Shown here in pieces: positions 48,195-60,899 of a DNA stretch of 64,000 nucleotides. Origin of the DNA: Podarcis cretensis (lineage: Eukaryota). Position 1 is the stretch's first letter, and each line of letters begins with the position of its first letter. Location: assembly GCA_951804945.1 (NCBI GenBank), contig OX638160.1:12710001-12774000 (forward strand), in the 5' to 3' direction. The notes beneath the pieces were generated by a model. The model was given only the letters and a program-made list of their open reading frames with translations. It was not told where the DNA came from and did no database searches. A program made the translations under genes and the position numbers.

Positions 48195-51100
48195 AACTTA
48201 GAAAATCTGATGGTTCGAAGGATCTCAGTAACACCTCATTGAATGCAGGAGATACCACCCAACTGATGAGATGCCAAGCAGCATTTGTGCAAAGCACAGG
48301 GCCTACACAGTGTGGGGAGCAGATTTCTCTCCCTGGACTTCTTAGAATTCAGCAGAATTCCTGACCTGGACCTTGTGGAGAAATTAATTCTCTGCACCAC
48401 AAGAATGTGTTTCAAAGCTTTGCCGCAAAACAGTAAAATAAACATTACAAAATAACTAAGCAACACTTTATAAACAAGCAATGAGGTTCAGTCCTTTATA
48501 TGCAGTTCAGTAAACCTTCCTCTCTCTGGTCCTAGAGGGAGATCCTAAGCTTGTTCATCAGTGCAGAACTTCCCTGCAACTTTTGTTGCTGCTGCTGCTG
48601 CTGCTAGCCATCTCCAACAAGCACACACAGGCTTCTCAAGTTTCAGCTCCCCGTTGTGAAAGCTCTGCAGCTCATGTTTTCAGATATGAGCCATCAGGTA
48701 GATTATCTCACTCTAATGGAAAAATATCAACCTTCTCTAATGCTTTTGCCAGAGTGGAACCTTTTTGCCTAAGGTAAGAGTTCTACTATATATGAATGTG
48801 CAAATATTTACCTAGGGAAAATAATTTTTGTGAATACATCCAAATAATGTCTGGGTAGCTCTTATATCATTGCAGGTATGATGCTACTATTCCTCTATGG
48901 GCTGAGGTTGGAGCTTTTGTCCAGCAAATGACCACATTACAACCACAGCTAAAAAATGAAATTTGGTCTGCTGTGACCCAAATGATTTCTTCTCCCCCTA
49001 AATCATGTTGCATTCCCCTATTTTGTTCAATTCTGGAGAAATAAACACAGAGTTTTAAAAGAGGAGAAAAAGAATCCGCCTTGAATTTTTTTGTAACAGA
49101 AGTAGCATCTGATTCATTCCAACAGACCATACTTTCCAATAAGTTACATTCAGGATTTTGGCCTAAAGCTGTAAACTTTCCTGGGAGCAGGCCCATAGGC
49201 CCAGGGAACACATACCTGCTTCAGAATAAATATGTGTAGGATTACTCTGTAAATCTGTCAGTAGAGTCTCAAAAGACAAAGGGCACCAATAGCATCCAAT
49301 TACTCTGCTGGGCAAGGAGCCTCATTGAATTGAACTGGTCAGGCCCTGTGCCAATAAATGATTGCATCAATGGAGGTAGGAAGAAGCCCCACTTGTCCCT
49401 TGCCTTCCCCTCATGGCCTGCCTGGGCCTTTTCAAGCTGGCTTCTCCATTCAGAAAAGATTTTTCTATGACAGGCCAATGAGGAGGATTAAAGAGCAATT
49501 AAGCCCAATAAATTATCTTCCTAAAACATTTTTTAAAAATATCCACTGTGCTGAAGCAAAGTTACTGCCGCTTCATTTCCCCTGTGAAGGGGGATCAAGG
49601 CAGATCAAACAGCCTGAGACCTGCTGAACCGCCCCTCTTTTGCTTAACACAGGACTCATAGTGGCCTGCAGAAATCTACTCAGCTTCACCCACCCATTCA
49701 CACCCCTGATCAAATTAAATCAATCTTCTCCTCAGGAAGGGATTTTGGCTTTAGAAAACACAGAATGTGCTTTTAAAGTAAAAGAAGAGGAAGAGAAGAC
49801 ACCCCCAACATTCCTTATGGGTCAATTCCATAAGTAAAGCAGAAAAAAGAGCAACAATACGACTGTTAAGTTGTGGGTGAACATATCCAGTACATAACAA
49901 CGACCACCTCTTCTCTTCTCCACAACTCCACCTCATGAAGATTTCCTATTTTCTTTCTTATTAAATATGTTTGTGTCTACTTTTTATAATGTCTAAGAAC
50001 TTTGGGTAGCATTATATATATAGCATCTACTGCTTTTTTCCATCCACTATAAATAAAAGTGTTTGGAAGTTTTATTAGCTGACTTATCACACATATTTTG
50101 TACATTATTTACAGCAATGGACGTCCCCAGCATAATCTGTATTTCACATGGATGTTATTGGGACAGTGCACTTTAATAATGGAGCTTTTGTAGGTTGTCA
50201 GATAGTGGTCACACAACGTGCAGTTTGAAAAAAGGGGGGTCACATGAAGGGGTGCTATGAAATGTTTCAAGAGTAAGGTAGCAAACGCCAGCCAATATAT
50301 TTTGGTGCCTCGGACAGAAGATCCAACTGACTCCCCATCCTAATACTGACAAATACAGAACACAGTTTACCAGACTTTTCTCCTGCACACACTTTGCTGA
50401 AATGAATGGAAGTTCTTTAAAATCATGGAGCTCAGATTGTGCACTGCAGCTGTTTTGAGTTGCAAAATTATCTTGGACCAACCCTGCTTGAAACCAGGTG
50501 AATATTTCAATATTCACTCAGATTTGAAATTGGAATTTGTGTTAGCTCTATCCATGCCCTTTTAATGCATGTTCCCCAAGAGACTGTCTGATAAATGAGT
50601 TTCCTGGCAGGAATGTTTGCTGAAAGATTAAATTTTAAGCAAATGTCACAAAATATTAACTCAGAAGTCATTCTTAAACTTGTAAAATCGACACAGGAAG
50701 CTGTACAGTAGTAATAGAGAGGAATACATTGTGACCTATGAGTTCAATCACTGCTGCCCAACACACATTTTGAAATAAAACAAAAGACTCCAAACCCTGT
50801 TACATAAAATTCCTCATACAGTAATCTGAATCCAGTGTGGTAGTCACAGTAACTTGTGTTAGTGCAGCTCTGTGGCAAGAACTCTACCACTTGCCCAGAT
50901 CCATGACCTACATTATGTAAAAACTTCCCCAATTCACTTGCATAAACAAGTTGATGCTTGTGCTAAATTTTATGCTGAATTTTAAAATAAAGCAGCTCTG
51001 CTGAGGAGGGTTTGACTTCCTATGGAAACATTAAACTGGAATATTAAACTAGAGAAGAATGAACAATTGGAAAGGATTTTGCATACTGAAGTTTAATTGT

Positions 51101-52310
51101 AACAGAATTGATAATACTAAGATAAGTCCTACCCATGTCTGCATTATTTATTTATTATTAATGTTATTATTAACATTATTAAATATTTATATCCAATCTT
51201 TCAACAAAAGACTACAAGGTGAATAACAACCAAGGTATAACTATAAATTAACGTTTTAAAATCTCACTTATCAGCTAGTGTTAAAACAACAGCAAAAACA
51301 ACAAAAAAGAGATTGCAACAGCAATCAAATTGCATAAAACCAGAGACAGCTGAAACCAGTTCAATTGTTTAAAAAAGTACAATATAAAAGCTTTCATAGG
51401 TTTTTCACCAACTTATAAAAGGAAATTGCACATCCACAGAGTGGAAGAAGGTAGGGATTGAAAAATGATGCATAAGAACATTCCGAACTTTTGCATATAA
51501 TAAGGTATTGGGAGAGGGGTTGTTGGAGAAGTAATTTATTAGAAATGTTGCATTGCCGTAATCTCACTGGTAACTTCTGCAGGAAGACACATTATGTAAC
51601 CATATCCCACAACACAACCAAGGTAGCAGTTGGTGTACTTGCTCCTTAAGTGCTAGAAGCCCTTCTGGTTGGCACAACTATACTATGAATCATGCTAGAA
51701 TGAATTTGATGAAGAACATGATCCATGATTAGTGGTGCAGCTAGGGCTGGACCTCGAGGTCAAAGTCCAGGGCTTCTCAGCCCATGGGGGCCTCAAATGA
51801 CCACCACAAATAAGTGGCAGAGGATAGCATCAGCACCTGAGCCAGCATGGACCTACCTTGCACAGGGACAACTGCTGATGGCTACAGCATGCTATCGTTT
51901 AAAAAACAAATCATAGTCAAGCTGCTGAAAGTGGCAATAGTTTGGCAGCTCACTCAGTATGATTGCCTTCGTGGCAAGCTATTTTTAGTATTCCCGGTTT
52001 TCCTGGCCTCTGAGGCAGGTCTTGGTGCAGGTAATTGCAATCCATTTCAGAATGATTTTTACTTTAAAAACACACTATAATTTTCCGCAACAAAACTGTG
52101 CTCATTCCCAAATAAATATACTTAGAATCAGGACAGCAGAAGCAGATTCCATTTTATTTCTGTAATCATGATGGTACTGTGATTTAAGTGAGTTTAAAAT
52201 GCACATACTCAGATTGTGCCTTCATCTTTTTTTTTTAATCAGGGAAATGTTTTGTTTTGTATTTATTTCCTGCTCTAATAGCAGCTGTAAAGCATGAGAT
52301 TTTGGGAGAG

Positions 52311-52343
52311 TTAATTATTAATTAATTAATTAATTAATTAATT
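52311..52343. repeat. (TAAT)n microsatellite
   Basis: Directly visible. Confidence 0.9.
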
Positions 52344-54227
52344 CACAATTGACATAATATGCAAGGCAGTCTAAAGAAGGGACTGGGAAATCTGTTAAAT
52401 CCAGGGTGTAATATTACCTAGTTGCAGCAATGGCCATTAGTGGTCAGCAAGTATGCTCTCCTGCCATAACTATAACTTCTTCCACCTGAATTGCAAGGAA
52501 ATGATATGATATCTTTTGCAGATGTAGTGGAGAATTTATTGACCCCTATTTCTTTGAATGACTTTCAGGGGGAGCATCTGCATCTTCATGTCACAGATAC
52601 AGTCTCCAAAAAAGGAATATTACCGGTAATTTATTTCTTTGCACCAATAGTTAAAGATATCTTACACCCAATTCTGCAGTAACATGGATTTTCCTTTTTG
52701 ATATATATATAAAAATGTTGTTATCCTTATTATCAAATAAATGTTATGCCCAAATGCACATGGACTGATTTTCTGTCTGCTAATTAGTCAGTGAAACCCT
52801 CATTTAAATTGGGACTTATCTATACAACATACATGTGCTACACAGATTAATGCAAGAATGATGCCATCAAATCAACTAAGAGTGCAAATTTAATATTTAG
52901 GGATGCAAGACCTGTTGAGTTAATTCCAGGAGACTGGGAAGTAAGGGAAACAGTTTATGAAGTGCTCCCATGCAGTATTTCAAGATATACATGCACATTG
53001 GAAGAAGCAAAATTATTCTCTGCCCATCCTGCACCCTTCCAAAATCCCCACAAGGTAGACACTGGAAAGGGTTACTTCTTAATTGGCCTTCAGTGTTTGT
53101 GGAGCATGCAATGTCAAACATTCTGCAAACACAAATGTTATTATACCAAGCATGCTTTATGGAAGTCTATAATATTAAAGAATAACTATCTGCCTGAACA
53201 GCTTGGGGCATTCATCTGCGGAAATGTTTTGCCAAGGAGCAGACACACCTGTTGAAATTGTTTAAGACAAGAGATCAATAAGTGGGTGCTGCTTGAAAAG
53301 CCAATCACACTCTGGAGTTCCCAAGGGCGAGGGTGAGCAAGAACCACTATAATGTAGAAATTGCACTGAGTAGAGCTATTTGCCATTGATTGTAGCAGAA
53401 AATTACAGGGAGCAAGGAATCTTAGAACAAGTGGATCTTTTACCCAGACCCCAAAGTTTTCCCACGCAAGTTCCATTGGAAATGAATGAAAATGACCCTG
53501 CTTTCTTCACAGCTCCTGTTCCTTTCAAAAAGTCTTGCAAGGAGACACTGATAGATTGTGCTTTCTAAATGTAATAGTTTACCTCATCTTCTAGACTGCT
53601 GTCCTATGAGAAACATTAGTTAGCAGAAGGATATGGGTGGCCTCAAGTGCCTAGGGCACAGTACTGAATATTATCAGGAGAGCTGGAATCTCTTACCAGC
53701 TTTGCCACTGAGATTACGTGCAAAGTTGTGTGAGCTTATTTCATTCATGATTATTAAATTCCCCTTGATCTATCTGATATAAATTTAAATTGAAAAGGGG
53801 ATTGAGAATTAGTGTAGCCTTATTCCTCTCTCAGTTCAACATAGTTCAAGTTTACAGTGTCTCATTTCCTTCATTTCTCCCAGTATATTTTATTAATTCA
53901 AAGTAGTGCTCAAAATTATGCATGTAAGGCTTTTGAGTTACATAGAGTTCTTCTCAACATGGATGTTAAATAATGTTTTTCCCCTTGTGCATCCAACCTG
54001 ATGAAAATTTTTATGTTAAGCAAAAGCTGGTGGAACACAATGCCATGCAGGCAAGAGTTCCAACAGGATTTCTTAGTACCAGACACTATGTGGATTTGGT
54101 CCTCTGACTACCCACAAAATAGGGTTTGGTTTTATTTGATGCTGTATTATATTTCTATGCTGCTTTTTATTCAAATGAATCCCAAAGTGGTTTACAAACT
54201 AAAATAATAATAATGTGATAGAACAGC

Positions 54228-54256
54228 ATCATCATCATCATCATCATCATCATCAT
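54228..54256. repeat. (CAT)n microsatellite
   Basis: Directly visible. Confidence 0.9.
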
Positions 54257-56719
54257 TGCTGTATACCACCCTATACCGGCAGGTCTCAGGATAAAATCAC
54301 TCCCTGTTATGCCTCTGTCTTCATAGTGGGGTACATACACTGGAAAGGGAAGCCAGAGAGTTATCCATCACCATACTACAGAAGCGCTGAGGGTCTGCAT
54401 CCTGTCCACCACGGTTTTGTCACAAAAGCACAATTGGTGATGTGCTAATAAATTCAAGTCACATGGAGTGAAGGGTGTGTCAGAGGGGTATAAGAAGATA
54501 TGCTGAGATGATAGCCAGCAGACTCTGGCAACAATCATGTTAATGAAAAAGGTAGAGACATCATTGGACAGTGAAGGGGATTCAGCAAGTAAAAAGGTTT
54601 CCTGGAGCATGAAATATATTATACATTTAGTCAGCTGTGAGAGGCTGTTGGTTCACTCTTTCCTGCTTTGCTTCAGATGTGTTTGACTCAGACCTATATC
54701 TTGGGTGCTTGTATTAAGGAATAAGTTGCATTTAATGAACTTGACTTGATAAATAAAAACATCAGAGCTGATGGATGAAGAGGAGTTGCACAAGCAGCTG
54801 GTTAATAAGATGCCACCCAGTTCACCAGCTGCTTCTAATGGGAGTTGATTTTGTATACATGGGTGAAGGCAAACTTTGAGTTTACATGGGAAGCATAGTT
54901 TGTCATCCGTCTCAATGTTTGACTTATTGGGAATGGAACAGTGGGGTGAAATGGAAGTGTGCAAGCTAAAAAAATATTACCAGAAATAATGAAGCTGCTG
55001 CTACATAGTTAGAAGCCTGAGTTAGAAGCACTAACACTAATGTAGTTTGTTAGTGTTCTGTGAGTGAGAGTGTAGTGACTCCCACTAAATAAGCTCCATT
55101 TTCTTGGTAAATATGAAGGAAGTACACTAATATCATTTTCTATCATTGGAGCAGTGGGTGTCTTGGCAGGAGAAGCCTGAAATGGCATGCCCATTAGGTA
55201 TGGCTGGCATTTGTACATGACTCTTGCTTTGCACAGAATGACACTGGCAAAGTCTGGAAACAAACAGTGCATACATCTAATGTCAGTAATTCCCTTGGAC
55301 AATCTAAATGCACATATTTAGGAAAGTAATATCCTCCCCCATGGAGTGTATTCCCTCTCAGTCTCCCTCTCTTCCACTCTCTCTCACACACACACCCTGA
55401 AGATCACCGACAATGAAATTGCTGCACTTTAGAGAGAAGAATGACGAGCAGTTTGAGTAACAGAAGTGAGAAGGAAAAGCTGCAGAATGCCAGCTGCATA
55501 CGTCACACTGTAAATGTCATTCAGCACCTGGGGAGTCTGTTATTCTCTCAGGGCTTGCATTTGACACAGCAGGATTTCATATTCCAAGACTAGAAATGTG
55601 AGAAATCAGGACATTATTAGCTCAGAGAAGAATAGCTGAGTATTTAGAACCATTTGGATCCAGACTGACAAAAAGAAACATTTTTCAAAACAGCAGTAAA
55701 CTTGCAGAGTGGTCAGAGCAAAAGGATGGCAGTCTTCTATGTATTTATAGTCATGCAAATAAATCCACAGAAATTACTAGCCAACATATTTATTTGGCAG
55801 TCGTGACCTAAAAGAAAATAGATAAAATTCATAAATCTGAACTATCTTGACTGGTCACCTGGTGAGTGGATATTCATATGCCTACTTTAATAGATGTATT
55901 GGGTTAAGTTTTATTTAGGCCATAGACAATAATTAACAAGGAAGATATAATATAAAAAATGATAAACAGTAGAAACCATATCTTACAGATTCTCACAAAG
56001 GGTGAAAAGCAGGTCAACAAAAAAGTAATTGTAATTAAAGTGATCATAACAGCAGTTCACAACATGGGATTCAAAAAAAGTAGCAAGAGATAATGCCAAG
56101 GCATAAATTGCTGGCTTAAGTAACTTTTGCTGAGATATTTTTTCCTAGCAGAAAGTTCGACCAATTCTCCTTACTCATCAGCAGTGGTGGAAGTCATTTA
56201 TATATAACTGAGATATGAAAGAGACATTTAAAAACATAATGTATGTTCCTAGGTCCTGTGCAGCAAAAAGCACAAATGAACCTTATATGCAACATGGGAA
56301 TTCTCAATTTCAAAACTACTGTTAAAATCAGATTACATCTTAATGGGGTAAGAATTCTTCTCAAAGCAACTAATTAAATGAGGACACTCTTCCAAGCAAT
56401 GGGAGCATTTCAACAGGACAAACCAAAGTGCAATTGTATTGCTATTTATTGCTTCAGATCACATCGGACCTAAATTCCAACAGGGCCATTAATAATTCTG
56501 GGGGATAGCATATTATTGTACTTATTCCATTAAACTCTTGCACCAAGCTGGCTGTTGGAATTGAAAGGATGACATTTTCTGCTTTAAGAACGTTTTAGGA
56601 AATTGAGTAGTATTGTGGATGCAGATTTTAACTGGTGCAATATATTCCTGCATGACAAGCTGCACCTGCCTAAAACCTCTCTTCTACACAACTGTTAAAT
56701 GTTTATGCTAACCAAAATA

Positions 56720-58650
56720 GCCCTGGGAATTTTGCTAAAATCAAGATAATTTACATCTACAGCATTCCCACCATCTACTAAACTGATCAAAACAAAGTTT
56801 AAATTACTTTGGCATTATTATTTACAAATTCATGCTGACTTCTACTAACCACTTCATTGTTCTCAAGGTGCTTGCAAACTGACTTCTTTATAATCTGTTC
56901 AAGTATCTTCCCAGGAATTGGTCAGAATGAGCTGCCCATAGTTGCCAGATTCTCCTTTCCTCATTTTCGTTTGCAGTCCTGTGGCACTTTACCTGTTTTC
57001 TAGATTGCTTAAAGATGATAGTCAGAGGTTCTGACAGTACATCAACAAGTTCTTTAGTACCCTAGATGCAAGTCATCTGGCCTTGAAATCTTAAACTCAT
57101 TTAAAATAGCTAGATATTTTTTGACAACTCCTTATTAAACTTGAACCGCAATCCTGACTCTTCAACAGTAATGCTATTATGCAGGTTAGCACACAATTCC
57201 CCCTTGGGAAAAGACAGAGGCAAAAATAGGAATTCAGCAATTCCACCTTCTTGCTGTCACCCATTAACATTTCACAATTCCTACTGAGCTACATACCCCA
57301 TTTCCTACCTCTTCTCTTATTCTGAACATGCCCCAAAAGGCACTTTTTCTTGCCACCGTCAATTCTTTCTGAGCTTTAGCTTTGCTGACACTGTTCCAAC
57401 AAGTCTATGATACTTGTACTCAATGCTTTTTTTCTAGAAAAAGAGGTGCCAGAACTCACCACTCTTTTTTTATGGCACCTGAGAAGTGCCAGAACTGAGT
57501 TCCAGCAACTTCCAACTAAAAAGAAAAGCCTTGCTTGTATTCATCCTTGTTAGCTTATCCTTCATTTCTCTTCTCATGCATGTCCTTTTTATTTTCAGCT
57601 TTTTGTGCAGCCACACAGACTTAAAAAAAATCCTACATTTTTCATTCTCCTTGGAATTATTGGTGATTGTGCCTTTAGTAATTTGTTATTTGGGAACTGT
57701 CACCTGCCTTGGATTTATTTTCTCATGAGTAGAAATAGCCATTTAATTCTACCTAGCATTTATTTCAGAATATGAAAATCGGGGTTTTTTTAAGAACAAG
57801 CTACATCCTTCAATTGCTATTTTCTAATCATGTCCCACTAAGTCTCAGTTATGTGGATCAATTTGTATTTACCTTCTCGTTCAAGAAGTTGAAGTTCATC
57901 TTGTTCATTTCCCATACTCTACGCATTAGCATAGAAGTTTAAAGCTTTGGATATTCCACTCTGATATCTCTCCTGCTATTTTAGTGTAGGGTTTTCTGGG
58001 GATCTCCTGAACTTTCCCAGTTTCTCCTGTAGCAGCCACATCCATATATTTAGTAAATCATTTTGTACTTAGCTTTCGGCTATTGGAGCCATCCCACACA
58101 GTATTTGATTGCTCAGGTTTGCCATTCTTCCGCCAGATACATTCCCCAAGGTGCAGCCTACCTTCCTTCTTTAGGAAGCTTATACAATAGTCCAAGAAAC
58201 ATGCTGCTACTTAGGAGAATAGTTCACCTGAACTGTGATCTCTCTGTGTAGTCCTCTACCTTGATGAGAACTTTACCAGAGCCCCAAGATGCTTTATCAG
58301 AACTTTGTAGTCAGGTATGTTTTCATAGTAATCCCTGGTGGTGTCATTCATTCCTGCGCAGATGAGCAAAACTATATAATGATGAGTGGGCTTGATAAAA
58401 CTTGGTAAGTTATCAATCACAACCTGGGTCCCAATACTTGAGATACAGTATACTTCAGAAGTTAACAAATTTACTTGACACAGAAGACTCATCTCTCAGT
58501 AGGGAGTTCCCAGCCATTATTACCACCACTTTATTCCTCTTCCTGCATATGGAGATTGAGTCACCTCTGTCCTTAAAGGGTTGAGAGTCTTCCTTCCTAG
58601 CTAGTGTAGCCTGCTGCTGCTGTCTTCCACCAGCTCCTCAGAGACACTGG
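56720..58650 (-). mobile_element. Decayed CR1 LINE retaining ORF1 esterase, endonuclease start and RT start
   Basis: Minus strand reads GDS...LPSFIKPT..LLICAGMNDT (ORF1), YANA*SMGNEQDELQ..ITET*WD (endonuclease), PGKILEQIIKKSVCKHLE..SQHEF..AVDVNYLDF (RT). Confidence 0.85.
57421..57533 (-). mobile_element. hAT-like MITE nested in CR1
   Basis: TSD CTTGTACT / CTTGTATT; same family as 46608. Confidence 0.7.
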
Positions 58651-58661
58651 AAAGAGAGATA

Positions 58662-58903
58662 CAGTGGTACCTCGGGTTAAGTACTTAATTTGTTCTGGAG
58701 GTCCGTTCTTAACCGGAAACTGTTCTTAACCTGAAGCACCAGTTTAGGTAATGGGGCCTCCTGCTGCTGCTGCGCCGCCGGAGCACGATTTCTGTTCTCA
58801 TCCTGAAGCAAAGTTCTTAACCTGAAGCACTGTTTCTGGGTTAGCGGAGTCTGTAACCTGAAGTGTATGTAACCTGAAGCGTATGTAACATGAGGTACCA
58901 CTG
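58662..58903 (-). mobile_element. Tigger-like MITE, 242 bp (inverted copy of 2670-2911)
   Basis: Same TIRs, TA TSD and length; near-identical interior. Confidence 0.92.
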
Positions 58904-60899
58904 TACTGTGTTCCAGTGGTTCAGAATGGCACCTTATACTCATGTTCTTTACAGTCATGGTCTTCAGTGCAGTTTTCCCAATCCTACAGTTCTCATTTTC
59001 TTGACTGCTTTTGTCCTTTCTGTAGTACCCCGTGTCCTGCCCAAGAAGTCATTGTCTTCATAAATGAAGAATGGAAACTCATCACTGCTGTCTTCTTACT
59101 TACTGGCCCAGCAGGACAATCAACTGACATTTTCTGCAAGTGTAGTCTATGCTGACAGACAAGAAAATAAGCATAGCACACACATTTCAGGGCACCACCA
59201 AAGAACCCTCACTGTCTGTCTTCTTAGCTCTTCATCACATCTTAGCCTCTACCACTACTGCTGAAGTGGTCTTTGCTTCTTCCTTCATTTATTCTTTGAA
59301 GTTTGCCGGAGTTCCCATGATGTGCTGCTACTTAGTATATAATTTGCAGCATGTAACTATTTATTTAGTACAGTTATTTATAGCCTGAGTTTCAGAATAT
59401 AACTTCTTCCAATGTGGCTTACAAGAAACTTTTAAACTGTATTAAATACATAAACATAATGACCAATATCAACATATAAAAAGCCATCAGAATCCTTCAC
59501 ACAGGACTGTTGATAGTACATAGTATTCTAGGGCAAGAAAGTCCAGCTGGTGCAAAGTTCCAAGGTAGCCTTTGCCTGCCTCCCTCTCTTTCCTGGAATC
59601 CTTTTGACCCACTAGTGGGAAGAGCACTGAGCGGCAAGAAGTCTAAGCCCCCATATAGTTATAGTGACTGATTTCCAGGATCTTTAGCAAAGGCTGCTGA
59701 AAGAGTATGCAAGTGAGTTGCCACCTCACAGATCCCAGCCCTGTCTCTCTGAGAGGGGTGTGGGTGGGTGGGTGTATCTATTTGTCTACCTCTGTCTCCA
59801 ACTGATCTTCTAGTCAAGAATTCGTTTCTGTTATCTGAGAGAAGAAAAAAGTAAAGCCTCAAAATCTGGGGTAGGGGAAAGAATTTCATCCATTCTAGCA
59901 CCAAAAGAAATCTTATAGGAAATCACAGATGAAGAAGCTTCCAGCATTAGCAGGGAATATGAGGCTCCCACAAGTTGATGGTGGATTCTTCAGTAGGAAT
60001 AAATTTTTGTAGAAGAGAAACGGCTTGGGTGAGAACTGAACTCTGCAGGTTTAATAGGCTAAACACCTGTATTTGCTGACTACACAACCCTTTCTGCTGC
60101 TCTCTAATCTCCTCATTCTCATCCAATGTCAGTGGATTTTAAAACAAGCTTCCAGTCTGTTTTAGGTCCCTTTGGACCTCAATGGATGCAAATGCTAAAC
60201 TGAATTAAACTCTGGATTCATTGCTTGGAACGCTATGCAGGCATCACATCCAAAATGCTAACTATGTTAGATGTATCCTGGGAAACATCCACTGGCCTTT
60301 GTATACATTCTTTCTACTATGTGGTATGCTCTGGTGATAAAATATTATACTGGTTTTTAAAACCTCCTTTATTAATTTTATGTACAACTGACAACCTACC
60401 TGCTCTCCTAGCCAGTCTTCCTGACCTTGTAGGCCTGTCGCTGTTGTCTGAGAGAATAATAAAAGCATTCACCATAGATAATTCCTTTGTTTGTCAAGCT
60501 AGGACCACCCCTGGATGGGTGGAAAGGATGCCTCTCTAGTCCACATCAGTGGATGATCTTATTGAGGCCTTGTTCTCAATTTGTCTTAAAAATTGTTAAG
60601 TCAAAAACTTCTCCACTGCCTGAAACTGTAACATGGGCTCTCTCTTCCTTTCCATTAAAACACTCCTAGAGAATTTTTAAAGTTTTTGTGGTTTTGGCTT
60701 ACACAGGTGGGTATAACTCTCATGACATATTGGCACAGAGGGTGTAAATTTCATGGAGTTTATATTGCCTGCATCTCAAAACAGATGTGCCCCCCAAAAA
60801 AGTCTTTGCTTGAAGTGGTAATGTCCATATTGTAAGATCTGTCAAAGGGCTGCGGCCTTTTCCACACCTGAGGTTATCACATTTAGAACAAGGATATTG

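Noticed and set aside
54215-54448. Poly-His ORF
   Set aside because: Translation of a (CAT)n microsatellite.
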